Assembly (NCBI GenBank): GCA_965197905.1
Contig: CBDAOB010000005.1
Location: 96,001-160,000 of the forward strand
DNA length: 64,000 bases
From: Candidatus Latescibacterota bacterium
GTDB lineage: Bacteria; Latescibacterota; UBA2968; UBA8231
Reading direction: 5' to 3'
Shown here: positions 42,520-51,571 of the stretch, piece after piece
Numbering within the stretch: position 1 is the stretch's first letter
How the letters are laid out: every line of letters begins with the position of its first letter
Program-made: the position numbers and the translations under genes
Notes under the pieces: model-generated
What the model saw: only the letters and a program-made list of their open reading frames with translations
Told to the model about the DNA's origin: nothing
The model's database searches: none

Positions 42520-42850
42520 GTCACCTTTTCCTAGAAACAGACCTCTGGCCAGGGAGACAAGGCAAACGTGGCGTCCTTACCTTCCCGTCGCAAGGCCCTC
42601 TGAAACTTGACGAACTGCAGCAAGTCCATGTACATAAGACGTTTTTCGAGTAAGTGCAATGAACAAACACACCTCGGAGAGCAAGCAGCGGTAGAGGAAA
42701 GCGTGAGCAATCAGATTTGCAGCAGAAAACGAGTGCGCAAGGGCTCGGTTCGCAGAGGTTTGTCCACCGGCGCAGATTGTTGACCTCGACCGTGAGATTG
42801 GTCATTGTCGTGTGCCGAAACGCAGCAGCACTTCTATGGAGGTTAGACGC

Positions 42851-44143
42851 ATGTATACGCTGCTCACAGGAGCTGTTTTCGTTGGCTTGATGCTATCGGT
42901 AAACTCGTCCCCCGCCGTCGCTTCACCCCTAAAGCTGTCCCACGGCTGGAGTGTGCACATCGGCGGTGGCAAGACCGCGACCGCAGAGGCTATTGGCATG
43001 ATGGAGAAGGGGTTGGACAATCCCCGTTTCGTCGTTTTGTACACGACCGCCGACTATGGCGAACCGGAAATCGCCGCCACCCTCCTCGAGCGTTATCCGG
43101 AGGCCAAACTCTTCGGCATGAACGTCTACCGAGGGGTATTCACTTCCGACGGTCTCCACATTGGAATACGTGGATCTCTGGCCATGATGGGGTTCGAGGG
43201 GGGTGATCTGATCTTTGGAGTTGCCGCACGTCAGGTGAAGGACGGCGTCGACATCGCGGCGATCACGCGCGAAACTTTTACAGCTGCCGCCCAGAACGCC
43301 GGTGTCGCGTCTGAAATTCCGCCATCCATGGTTCTACTTGGTGCTCTCAAGGGCACCGAAGATGCGGTCGTCGCCGAGCTTGGAAAACTGATGCATTCGG
43401 ATGTCCCACTGATCGGGGGCACCCACTCCGACAACAGTTTTCGGCCCGGGTACGTACTCGGAAACAACGAACTCATCGAGCACGGTATCGTTATTGCCTT
43501 GATTTATTCGGAGTCGAGCATTGGCGCCTCTTTCTATTCTGGTTTTGTCGGCAAGAAGAAAGCCGGGGTCATTACGGCGAGCGACGGACGACTTCTCAAG
43601 GAGATAGACGGCCGACCGGCTCAGGATGTGTACCGGGAGTGGGCGGGCGGTCACTTCGACGACATCGATACGTCCACCAAGAATGTTCTTGTGATGAAGA
43701 GCGCCACGCGCCCCCTCGCCAAAGCCATCCATCTCTCCAATGGCAAACTGCGTTACATTCCCGTGCGGCCGCAGCGGTTCAATATGGATGGCTCACTCAG
43801 CATGGGTGGCGACGTCACGCTCGGAGATACTATCTACTATGTCGAAGGCAACAAGGAGGCGTTGCGTAGACGGGCGGCTGCCGTGGCTCGCGACGCCATG
43901 GTGAACGGGAAAATCAAGGTGAAAAACGTGGCAGGTGGTCTGCACATCTACTGTGCCGGAGCGGCCAAGACCATCGGTCTCGAGCCGGACGGCGAGGCGG
44001 TGAGAATGGTTGATGAAGTGCGAAAGGCGATGAGAGACACTCCGTTAATCGGCGGATTTACCGCAGCTGAACAGGGCGCCATTCCCGGCTACGGAATATT
44101 CAACGGCAACCTGATGAGTTCGATGGTTGTGTTTCCAAAATGA
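42851..44143 (+). CDS. Exported FIST-domain sensor protein
   Basis: Signal peptide (..SPAVA); PLIGG, EIDGRPA..VY, IYCAG, GGFT..EQG, NL..S..VF. Confidence 0.85.
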   Translation: MYTLLTGAVFVGLMLSVNSSPAVASPLKLSHGWSVHIGGGKTATAEAIGMMEKGLDNPRFVVLYTTADYGEPEIAATLLERYPEAKLFGMNVYRGVFTSDGLHIGIRGSLAMMGFEGGDLIFGVAARQVKDGVDIAAITRETFTAAAQNAGVASEIPPSMVLLGALKGTEDAVVAELGKLMHSDVPLIGGTHSDNSFRPGYVLGNNELIEHGIVIALIYSESSIGASFYSGFVGKKKAGVITASDGRLLKEIDGRPAQDVYREWAGGHFDDIDTSTKNVLVMKSATRPLAKAIHLSNGKLRYIPVRPQRFNMDGSLSMGGDVTLGDTIYYVEGNKEALRRRAAAVARDAMVNGKIKVKNVAGGLHIYCAGAAKTIGLEPDGEAVRMVDEVRKAMRDTPLIGGFTAAEQGAIPGYGIFNGNLMSSMVVFPK

Positions 44144-46065
44144 CCTCAAGGAGCAAGCTGAGCGCGATGTTGGGACTTGGTCTGAAGATCAGGGTCTTTG
44201 CCCTGATCTGCGGACTGGTAATCTCCTTCGTCGTGGCGCTCGCGATCTTGTCGCTTGAGGATCTCGCCGACCTGCTGCACGAGGACTTTCGCGCTAAGGG
44301 AGAACTTGTAGCCAGCTACTTTGCCCGCACATCAGTAGAAGGGATCATCATCGAGGATGAGGTCAGCCTGGGAGAAGCGATCGATCGACTGTTTGAGATC
44401 GAAGACGTCGTCTACGCCGGCATCTACGACAGCGAGCGCACCCTGATCATGCAAAAGGCGACGATAGAAACGGATGAACTTTACGGTTTGGATGCAGATT
44501 ACGGAAACGACACGGTGATCACCGAGCTGCTCTCGGGCGGAGATGGCGACATCTCCGTGCTCGATCTTACCGTGGCCGTCTTCGACGAGCAGTCGGATCG
44601 CATCGGCTGGGTTCGCACCGGCATCAGCTTGCAGGAGATCGACCGCAAGATATGGACTCAACGGTTGCAGTCCCTGGGCCTCCTCGGTGCCTTCATCCTC
44701 GTCGCTCTGGCGCTGACCTATCTGGCGGCCAACAGTATCGCCAATCCCATCAACGCCCTCGCCATGAAGGCTGAGTACATCGCCTCCAGCCGAGACTATA
44801 GCATGAGGGCCGAAAAAGCTCGAAACGACGAGATCGGCCTGCTCGTCGACAGCTTCAACGATATGCTCGAAGAAATCGAGCAGCAGCAAACGGCGCTTGC
44901 GGACAACGAAGAGCGTTTCCGATCTCTTGTCGAAACCACCAGCGACTGGATCTGGGAACTGGATGGGCACGGCAACTACACCTACGCCAGCCCCAAGGTT
45001 GGCGATCTACTGGGGTACGAACCGCAGCAGGTGTATGGCAAGAGCCCCGCTGACTTCATGACGCCAGAAAGTGCCCGCCGGTTCGCTTCGGCGCTCGATC
45101 AAATGGTCCAATCGAAAAGGCCAGTGCTGGGGCTGGAGAGCGAAGGCGTGCACAAGAGCGGTGAGCGGATGGTTTTCGAGATGAACAGCGTACCCATTTT
45201 GGATGGTGGCGGTAATCTGGTGGGGTACCGCGGCATGGACCGCGACATCACCGACCGGAAGAGAATGGAGGAGGAGCTCGAAGCTCAACGCACCCTGGAA
45301 CTGCGCTCCGACCGCTTGCGCTCACTGGGCGAGATGGCCGCGGGCATCGCCCACGAGCTCAACCAACCATTGACCGGTGTGCGCGGCATGGCCGAACATT
45401 TCCTGATCGGCCTCGAAAGAGGTTGGCCACTGACCGACGACGATATTCGAGATCGCACCGGCCGCATCGTCGAGCAGGTCGATCGCATGGTTCACATCAT
45501 CGAACACATTCGCATGTTCGCGCGAGAAGCCGGCAAACCGGAGACCGCGCTGGTACAGGTCAATGACGTGGTGCAGGACACCGTGGTGATGGTGGGGGCC
45601 CAGTTTCGAGCCCACGGACTGGACCTAGTCGTCGACTTGGCCGAAAACCTGCCCGACGTCCAGCTGAACCGATATTCGCTGGAGGAAGTCGTGCTGAATT
45701 TGCTGAGCAATGCACGCGATGCTGTTGAACAGCGCCAAGGCGGAAACGGGCAACCCGCAGTGAAGAAGGATCTGACAGATACCCCTCCGGCACGTATCTC
45801 CATTCGAACCTCGATGGAGGGGGTCGATCAGAGCGCGATGGTCACGATCGACGTAGAGGACAACGGCGCCGGCTTTCCACCAGAGCTGGCGGAGCGAGTG
45901 TTCGACCCGTTTTTCACCACCAAAGATCCAGACAAGGGCACGGGTCTGGGTCTATCCATCTCCAGATCGATCGTCCACGAATTCGACGGTTCCATACAGA
46001 TCCGATCCGTCTCTGGCGAGGGTACCACCGTGTCCGTGCAGGTGCCGCCGGCCCAGCCAGATTGA
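44140..46065 (+). CDS. Membrane sensor histidine kinase (periplasmic domain-HAMP-PAS-HisKA-HATPase)
   Basis: Two TM; DEIG.L..SFN.M; RDITDRK; AHELNQPL; GTGLGL. Confidence 0.93.
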   Translation: MTSRSKLSAMLGLGLKIRVFALICGLVISFVVALAILSLEDLADLLHEDFRAKGELVASYFARTSVEGIIIEDEVSLGEAIDRLFEIEDVVYAGIYDSERTLIMQKATIETDELYGLDADYGNDTVITELLSGGDGDISVLDLTVAVFDEQSDRIGWVRTGISLQEIDRKIWTQRLQSLGLLGAFILVALALTYLAANSIANPINALAMKAEYIASSRDYSMRAEKARNDEIGLLVDSFNDMLEEIEQQQTALADNEERFRSLVETTSDWIWELDGHGNYTYASPKVGDLLGYEPQQVYGKSPADFMTPESARRFASALDQMVQSKRPVLGLESEGVHKSGERMVFEMNSVPILDGGGNLVGYRGMDRDITDRKRMEEELEAQRTLELRSDRLRSLGEMAAGIAHELNQPLTGVRGMAEHFLIGLERGWPLTDDDIRDRTGRIVEQVDRMVHIIEHIRMFAREAGKPETALVQVNDVVQDTVVMVGAQFRAHGLDLVVDLAENLPDVQLNRYSLEEVVLNLLSNARDAVEQRQGGNGQPAVKKDLTDTPPARISIRTSMEGVDQSAMVTIDVEDNGAGFPPELAERVFDPFFTTKDPDKGTGLGLSISRSIVHEFDGSIQIRSVSGEGTTVSVQVPPAQPD

Positions 46066-46198
46066 ATCCGACTCTCTCCGTTGAGTCTGGGCAACGATAA
46101 CGGATCCCGTCGCCGGTTTAAAACTCAGGTAATATCATCTCGCTACTCTGAGCGCAGGTCGGCGCAGACGGAAGACGTATACGGGAACGTGTGGATCC

Positions 46199-46350
46199 GA
46201 AGTAATCTTGAACCTCTTGAACAGCGCCCGCGACGCCGTCGAATCGCAGCACAGTGATCCAGACCATCCGCCTCGCGTGCTGATTAGCACCCAAACTCGC
46301 GGTGAAGCCCCAAACCGGCAGGCGCTCGGCGGTGAGCTGGAGACCGGCAT
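46199..46350 (+). pseudogene. Histidine kinase HATPase fragment
   Basis: EVILNLLNSARDAVE...PRVLIST matches the N-box of neighbouring kinases. Confidence 0.6.
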
Positions 46351-46379
46351 CGGTGGATGGGTAAGTGGGCAGCAGTTTG

Positions 46380-46409
46380 TTAGCACTTCCTACTATCAAT
46401 AGTTGCCAA
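46380..46409 (+). promoter_or_regulatory. Conserved 30-bp upstream motif, copy 2
   Basis: TTAGCACTTCCTACTATCAATAGTTGCCAA. Confidence 0.5.
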
Positions 46410-46495
46410 ATATGCGGGTCTCGGCTGCCGTAGGAGCACAGAACAAATTCCATAACTCTTTTGTTCTTAAGATCTTAGTAACTCCAACCTAAAAG

Positions 46496-46511
46496 TGGCA
46501 TTGCTATTGCT
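46496..46511 (+). promoter_or_regulatory. Sigma54 -24/-12 promoter
   Basis: TGGCATTGCTATTGCT, GG-N10-GC. Confidence 0.7.
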
Positions 46512-46545
46512 ATTTGCAGTATGGAACGGAAACAGAGGAGCCACT

Positions 46546-47220
46546 ATGAAGATCCTGTTGGTGGATGACGAGGATACGATTCTGCGAGTGTTGGGAGATT
46601 TCCTGGATGACTGTGGACACAAAACCCGGGCAGCTTCAAACGGTGCCGAGGCGTTGACCACAATCGAGGCGAATTCCGATACTGATCTGATTCTCAGCGA
46701 TATCCGCATGCCTGCTCTGGACGGTATCCACCTGCTGAAGGCGATGAGGGTCCGGCATCCGGGTGTGCCCGTTGTGCTGATGACCGGTCACGGCGACGAA
46801 TCAATCGCCATCGCGGCGTTGCGGGAGGGCGCTCACGGATACCTCAAAAAGCCGATTAAGCTGGACGAGTTGCTCTCGACGGTCGAACGCCTGGAAGAAC
46901 GCAAGATTCTGGAGTCCGAGGTCTTAGCGGAATACAAAGAGCTGCTCGCCACCGACGCGGCTACTCCTATGGTCGGCGCTTCGCAAGCTGCTGCACAAAT
47001 TCTCACCTGTTTGAATTCTGCTCACAAAGATCTCGGCAGTCTCGCGGACCGGTGCAACGCACTGGGTAGCTGGGGGCGCGAGGTCGCCAAGAACACAGAG
47101 AAGAATATCGGCGACGCCACCTTCCTCCTCGATGAGCTGCCAGGACTGCTGTCCTCGATATCGGGAGAACTGAATCGAATCGAATATCTGGTGGGGAGAG
47201 GTTCACATGATACCCGTTGA
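46546..47220 (+). CDS. Response regulator with helical C-terminal extension
   Basis: VDDED, SDIRMP, TGHGD, KKP; GAGGAG RBS. Confidence 0.88.
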   Translation: MKILLVDDEDTILRVLGDFLDDCGHKTRAASNGAEALTTIEANSDTDLILSDIRMPALDGIHLLKAMRVRHPGVPVVLMTGHGDESIAIAALREGAHGYLKKPIKLDELLSTVERLEERKILESEVLAEYKELLATDAATPMVGASQAAAQILTCLNSAHKDLGSLADRCNALGSWGREVAKNTEKNIGDATFLLDELPGLLSSISGELNRIEYLVGRGSHDTR

Positions 47221-48709
47221 CATTCTGCTGGTCGAGTCGAGTAAGGAAGACCGGGAATTCATGCATACGTCGCTGGCGGCAGCTGGCCACGCCGTCCAAG
47301 TGGCGCATCGGGGAGAAGAGGGATTGAAGATGTTCTCCTCTGGCGTATTCGATGTTGTGATTAGCGAAGTTGATCTTGCCGGCATGGATGGCATTGAAAT
47401 GATTCAGTCGATGCATGCCGCGGATCCGGCGCTGAGTCCCGTCGTCGTTTCCTCGTCTCGCAAGCAGGAAACGGCCGTACGCGCTTTGGAAGCCGGGGCC
47501 CGTAGTTTTTTGAGCAAACCATTTACCGCTGAAGCATTATGCCGTCGGGTAGACAAAGCGGTGCGTGAACGACGACGATTGGTAAATACCCAACTCCTGC
47601 TCGGAGATCTGCTAAGCCACCGGTCGGATCTACAAATCAAGGTTGCCGAATGCGAGCGTTATCTCAACCACCTTCTCGACGCGGCGCCGTTTGGTATCCT
47701 GTCTACGGATGTTCGTGGGGAGGTGCTGACCTTCAACGGACATGCTGAAGAGATCTACGGGAGCCGACAGGAAGACGTCGTCGGGCGCCCTCTGTCCGAC
47801 ATCTTCGGCATGGCCGATTTCGAGCGCATCCAGTTCCATTCTGGTGACGACGCGCTGGCATTCATAACCCAACATCTGCGCCAGTGTGGCCAACGTTTTC
47901 CCGTGCTCGTTCACTGCCGCAGCATCAAGAACGAAACGGGCCGAAGCATTGCGCGGCTTTACGTGGTTGAAGATCGCTCGGAGAGGGAAGAAATGGAATC
48001 CCAGTTGCTGTATGCCGAACGTCTGTCAGTGCTGGGCCAACTCGCGCCACGTATCGCGCACGAGTTCAAGACTCCCCTGCAGATCATATCAGGCACCGCT
48101 GAACTGGCCATGATACTGTTGGAAGAAGGCCAGACGGCCAAAGTGCTCAAACTGGCGGAAGGCCTTCTACCTGCGGCGGAACAGATGAATGACCTCGTGC
48201 AGCAAATGCTCGATCTTGGGAAACCTGAGCAGAGCAGGCAGGAGAAGATGGACCTGGGTCGTGAAATGGAGAAGATTCTGAAAGGTCTAGAAGGCCTGGG
48301 AGTAGTGAAGTATTGTCGCATCGAACGGACACTCGATCGCGATCTCCCTGCAGTAACGGGAGATCCGACCCAGATCGAGCAGGTTTTTCGGAACTTGATC
48401 GTCAACGCCGCCCAAGCGGTGGAAGAATCGGGGCGCAAAGAGCTGCGCCTCGGTGTTAAAGCGCTTCCGGAATGCGTTGAGGTACGGGTGGAAGACTCCG
48501 GGCCCGGTATATCCCCGGAGAACATGAAACGGATCTTCCAACCTTTCTTCACCACCAAGGGCGAGCGCAAGGGCACGGGACTGGGTTTACCAATCGTTAA
48601 GAACATACTCGATCGTCACAGCGCATCGATCGAGGTGGACAGCAAACCCGGCCACGGTACCAGTTTCGTGCTGAGGTTTCCGCTCGCTTTGAATCCGGTG
48701 GCGAACTAA
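47207..48709 (+). CDS. Hybrid kinase: atypical REC-PAS-HisKA-HATPase
   Basis: AHEFKTPL, NLIVNA, PFFTTK..GTGLGL. Confidence 0.9.
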   Translation: MIPVDILLVESSKEDREFMHTSLAAAGHAVQVAHRGEEGLKMFSSGVFDVVISEVDLAGMDGIEMIQSMHAADPALSPVVVSSSRKQETAVRALEAGARSFLSKPFTAEALCRRVDKAVRERRRLVNTQLLLGDLLSHRSDLQIKVAECERYLNHLLDAAPFGILSTDVRGEVLTFNGHAEEIYGSRQEDVVGRPLSDIFGMADFERIQFHSGDDALAFITQHLRQCGQRFPVLVHCRSIKNETGRSIARLYVVEDRSEREEMESQLLYAERLSVLGQLAPRIAHEFKTPLQIISGTAELAMILLEEGQTAKVLKLAEGLLPAAEQMNDLVQQMLDLGKPEQSRQEKMDLGREMEKILKGLEGLGVVKYCRIERTLDRDLPAVTGDPTQIEQVFRNLIVNAAQAVEESGRKELRLGVKALPECVEVRVEDSGPGISPENMKRIFQPFFTTKGERKGTGLGLPIVKNILDRHSASIEVDSKPGHGTSFVLRFPLALNPVAN

Positions 48710-49035
48710 GGCGGATTCGATCCGGCTTATTGGGCGTCGAAGGTTCGGAAGGCACCTTGGGCCAGGCTCGCAAAGCCGCACGTTGGTCCGACCGGATCGG
48801 GCCCGGCAAGAGGCTCCCGCCCAGCTGCGCTGACGATCATACCGTTTGTAGGCATTGGCAACGGCATCATGATCCGGAGCGTGATGTTGCGCCGCAACTA
48901 CCTCTTCAAACATCAAGTGGCAAACCTTGTGGGCATCTGTCCTAGTCGTTCCGTGGCATGATCGCCATCCTGTAGGCACCGAACTCCAGCGGCCGTCCGA
49001 AGTCTCCAAGCGTTTACAGGGGGCAACCCCCAGCG

Positions 49036-49065
49036 CTTGCGCCCGACATTATCAAGTCTTGCTAG
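49036..49065 (+). promoter_or_regulatory. Conserved 30-bp upstream motif, copy 3
   Basis: CTTGCGCCCGACATTATCAAGTCTTGCTAG. Confidence 0.4.
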
Positions 49066-49131
49066 GAAAATGTGCCAAACTTCAGGGCTAACCAAAGCTT
49101 TCGCATTCTGGCAACCAGGGGCCGCAGATTG

Positions 49132-49147
49132 TGGCATGATCCTTGCA
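49132..49147 (+). promoter_or_regulatory. Sigma54 -24/-12 promoter
   Basis: TGGCATGATCCTTGCA, GG-N10-GC. Confidence 0.72.
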
Positions 49148-49207
49148 TTCCCAGCCGACGGATGACTACGAAGGAAGTGGTCGTCGATCTTAACGCAAGA
49201 GGTAAGC

Positions 49208-50541
49208 ATGAAGCCAAAATGGGAGATTGTCCTCCTAATCGTATTCAGTTTGTGGGGGGACATATATGCTGCGGAAACTGGATCGAAGCTCGCTGGGTTC
49301 GACGCACTTGAAGAGGTCAGGAGCTTGAGCGCTCGTTTGGAGGCTTTACAGACAGAACTCGAAAGTCGCGAAACGCTGCTGACGGATGACGTTGTCGACC
49401 TTTCAGGCGAAGAGGTGAGCGTAGGCGAAGGTGGCGACGGAGTCCCCAGTGTACTCGCAAGACCTTGGTATCACAACATCGACGTGTCCGGATTGGGCGC
49501 GTTTTGGTTGATCGATTCCGGGAGAGACGGCGCCCGTCCGGATCCGGGTTTTGTCATCAAGGAGTCGAGCCTGTTCATCGAAGCCCAGGCCTGGGAAGAC
49601 GTCTCCGTGTTCTTCGAAGTGCAGACGACGATGCTCCAGCGTGATAGCACACACGACGTTCGGACCGCCGAGCTCTATGCTCATTTCCGCAACATCCTGC
49701 GGAGATGGGGAGACGGCCTGCTGAACATCAAGATCGGTCGCGTCGACATTCCGTTTGGGGAAGAATATCTCTGGCAGGATGCCCCTGACAACCCTCTAGT
49801 CTCAAACTCCGCGGCCTATCCGTGGCTCTGGGATGAGGGCGCGGTATTTTACGGAAACATCGAGAAAGTGGGATGGGTCGGGGGGCGGTCATGGACGGCT
49901 CGATTCGCCGGAGTGTCGAAGAGAACGCGGACAAATCGATTACCCTCAAAGTCTATGGGCAGCCATGGAAGCCGCTCTACCTGAGCGCCAGTTGGATGAG
50001 AAACGGAGAGACATCGGCCGGGCCTTTCCTTCTGGGAGGAAGCCTGTTCCAACCGGTCGGTGTTGGTGGAGAGTCGATCGCGGGAGTGAGTCCAAGCGCC
50101 ACCGTCAACGCATCTCTCTACGAGCTCTACACGAAGACCGACCTGGGAAGACTCGATGTTGACATGTCCTTCGGTCGGGGTCGTATAGATGATGCCGCCG
50201 ATACATTCGACAGAGACCTCACCTGGTTCATGGTTCAACCATTGTACAAAGTCACGAAGGATGTAGATGCGGTTGCACGCTACAGCGAGATCGGCACATA
50301 TGACGACGCCGAAGGATACCACTTCGACGGAGAATTTCTCGCCAGTGGAAATGCCGCCTATGGATACGACGCGAAACGGCTGACAAGGCTGTCCGTGGGT
50401 CTCAATTGGAAGATCAATCCGCGAGCGAAAATCAAACTCGAGGTGGGACGGGATCGCTACTTCACAGTCGACCAATCACCCCTCGACCCGGCCAATGACG
50501 ACCGGAGCCATGCGGCTCTAGAACTCGCTGTTTCCTTCTGA
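49208..50541 (+). CDS. Outer-membrane porin-like beta-barrel, frameshifted at a G6 run (49880-49885)
   Basis: Signal peptide and coiled coil; IKIGR.DIPFG; C-terminal ELAVSF. Confidence 0.7.
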
Positions 50542-50548
50542 GACTACC

Positions 50549-51550
50549 ATGAAGGCTCACATACTGATTCCGGTAGTCTCGCTCGCCATGCTGCTCCGAA
50601 TTGCGCACGCGCAGAGTTCAGAGATTCATCCGTCGATGGCCGATTTCGTAACTGCTCTCAACGAAGCGACAGCCCAAATCGGAACGGGTCACGTCGAGGA
50701 GCTACTGTCGGCGACTCGCGCGCTCGCGGCGGCCTCACGGGAGACAACTGGACTGCAACCCTACGCTAACGACGACAAAGGGGGTTCCTTCGACAGATAT
50801 CTCGAAGACCTCAGAAATCTCAGCGATGACCTCGTTGTTCACGTTGAAAATGGACAGACACCGGGAGCGGTCTCGGCGCTGCGGGAGATTAGAAATACGT
50901 GCGTCCGGTGCCACACCATCTTCCGCCCGAACACCGAGTCCAACTTTCCGAATCGGGGAAACATCATTCATGGCCAGGTGGCTATAGAGAAAATGAACGG
51001 GGACGACAGGACGGATCGCTCGAACGTCGTCGTTTTCCTGGATCGTGCGCCCGAAGGCCACCCGCACAGGCCCCACATCGCGATCAGTCAGGCAGACCGT
51101 GTTTTCACACCTCGGGTGACGGCTATCGTCAAGGGAACAACTGTTGATTTCCCCAACGATGACATAATTTTCCACAACGTCTTTTCTCTGTCCAAGACCA
51201 AGGCGTTCGATCTGGACATCTACTCCCCTGGAAAATCCAGATCAATAACCTTCGCGAAACCGGGATGGGCGAAGGTCTACTGTAACATCCATCCGGGCAT
51301 GATAGCGCACGTGATTGTTCTGGATAACCCATACTTTGCGGTGTCTGACATCAACGGGCATTTCGTCATTCCCAATGTTCCCGACGGCAAATACAGCATC
51401 CGGACGTGGCACGAATTCGCCAGCAGCATGAAGAAGAGGGTCGATGTAACCGGGGAAGTTGTCGAGGTTGTCGACTTCCAAATTCAGGAAGACAAACGGC
51501 TTCGCGCCCACAAGAACAAATTCGGAAAACAGTACAAGGGCAAGTACTAG
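50549..51550 (+). CDS. Periplasmic cytochrome c'-like heme domain fused to a cupredoxin-like domain
   Basis: Signal peptide; helical domain ending CVRCH; V.FPN.D...HNVFS and YCNIHPGM. Confidence 0.8.
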   Translation: MKAHILIPVVSLAMLLRIAHAQSSEIHPSMADFVTALNEATAQIGTGHVEELLSATRALAAASRETTGLQPYANDDKGGSFDRYLEDLRNLSDDLVVHVENGQTPGAVSALREIRNTCVRCHTIFRPNTESNFPNRGNIIHGQVAIEKMNGDDRTDRSNVVVFLDRAPEGHPHRPHIAISQADRVFTPRVTAIVKGTTVDFPNDDIIFHNVFSLSKTKAFDLDIYSPGKSRSITFAKPGWAKVYCNIHPGMIAHVIVLDNPYFAVSDINGHFVIPNVPDGKYSIRTWHEFASSMKKRVDVTGEVVEVVDFQIQEDKRLRAHKNKFGKQYKGKY

Positions 51551-51571
51551 TAAAGGCCGGAAAAAATACGA

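Noticed and set aside
48710..49030. Long intergenic stretch with a hydrophobic reading frame
   Set aside because: Possible debris of a membrane gene, but no assignable motif.
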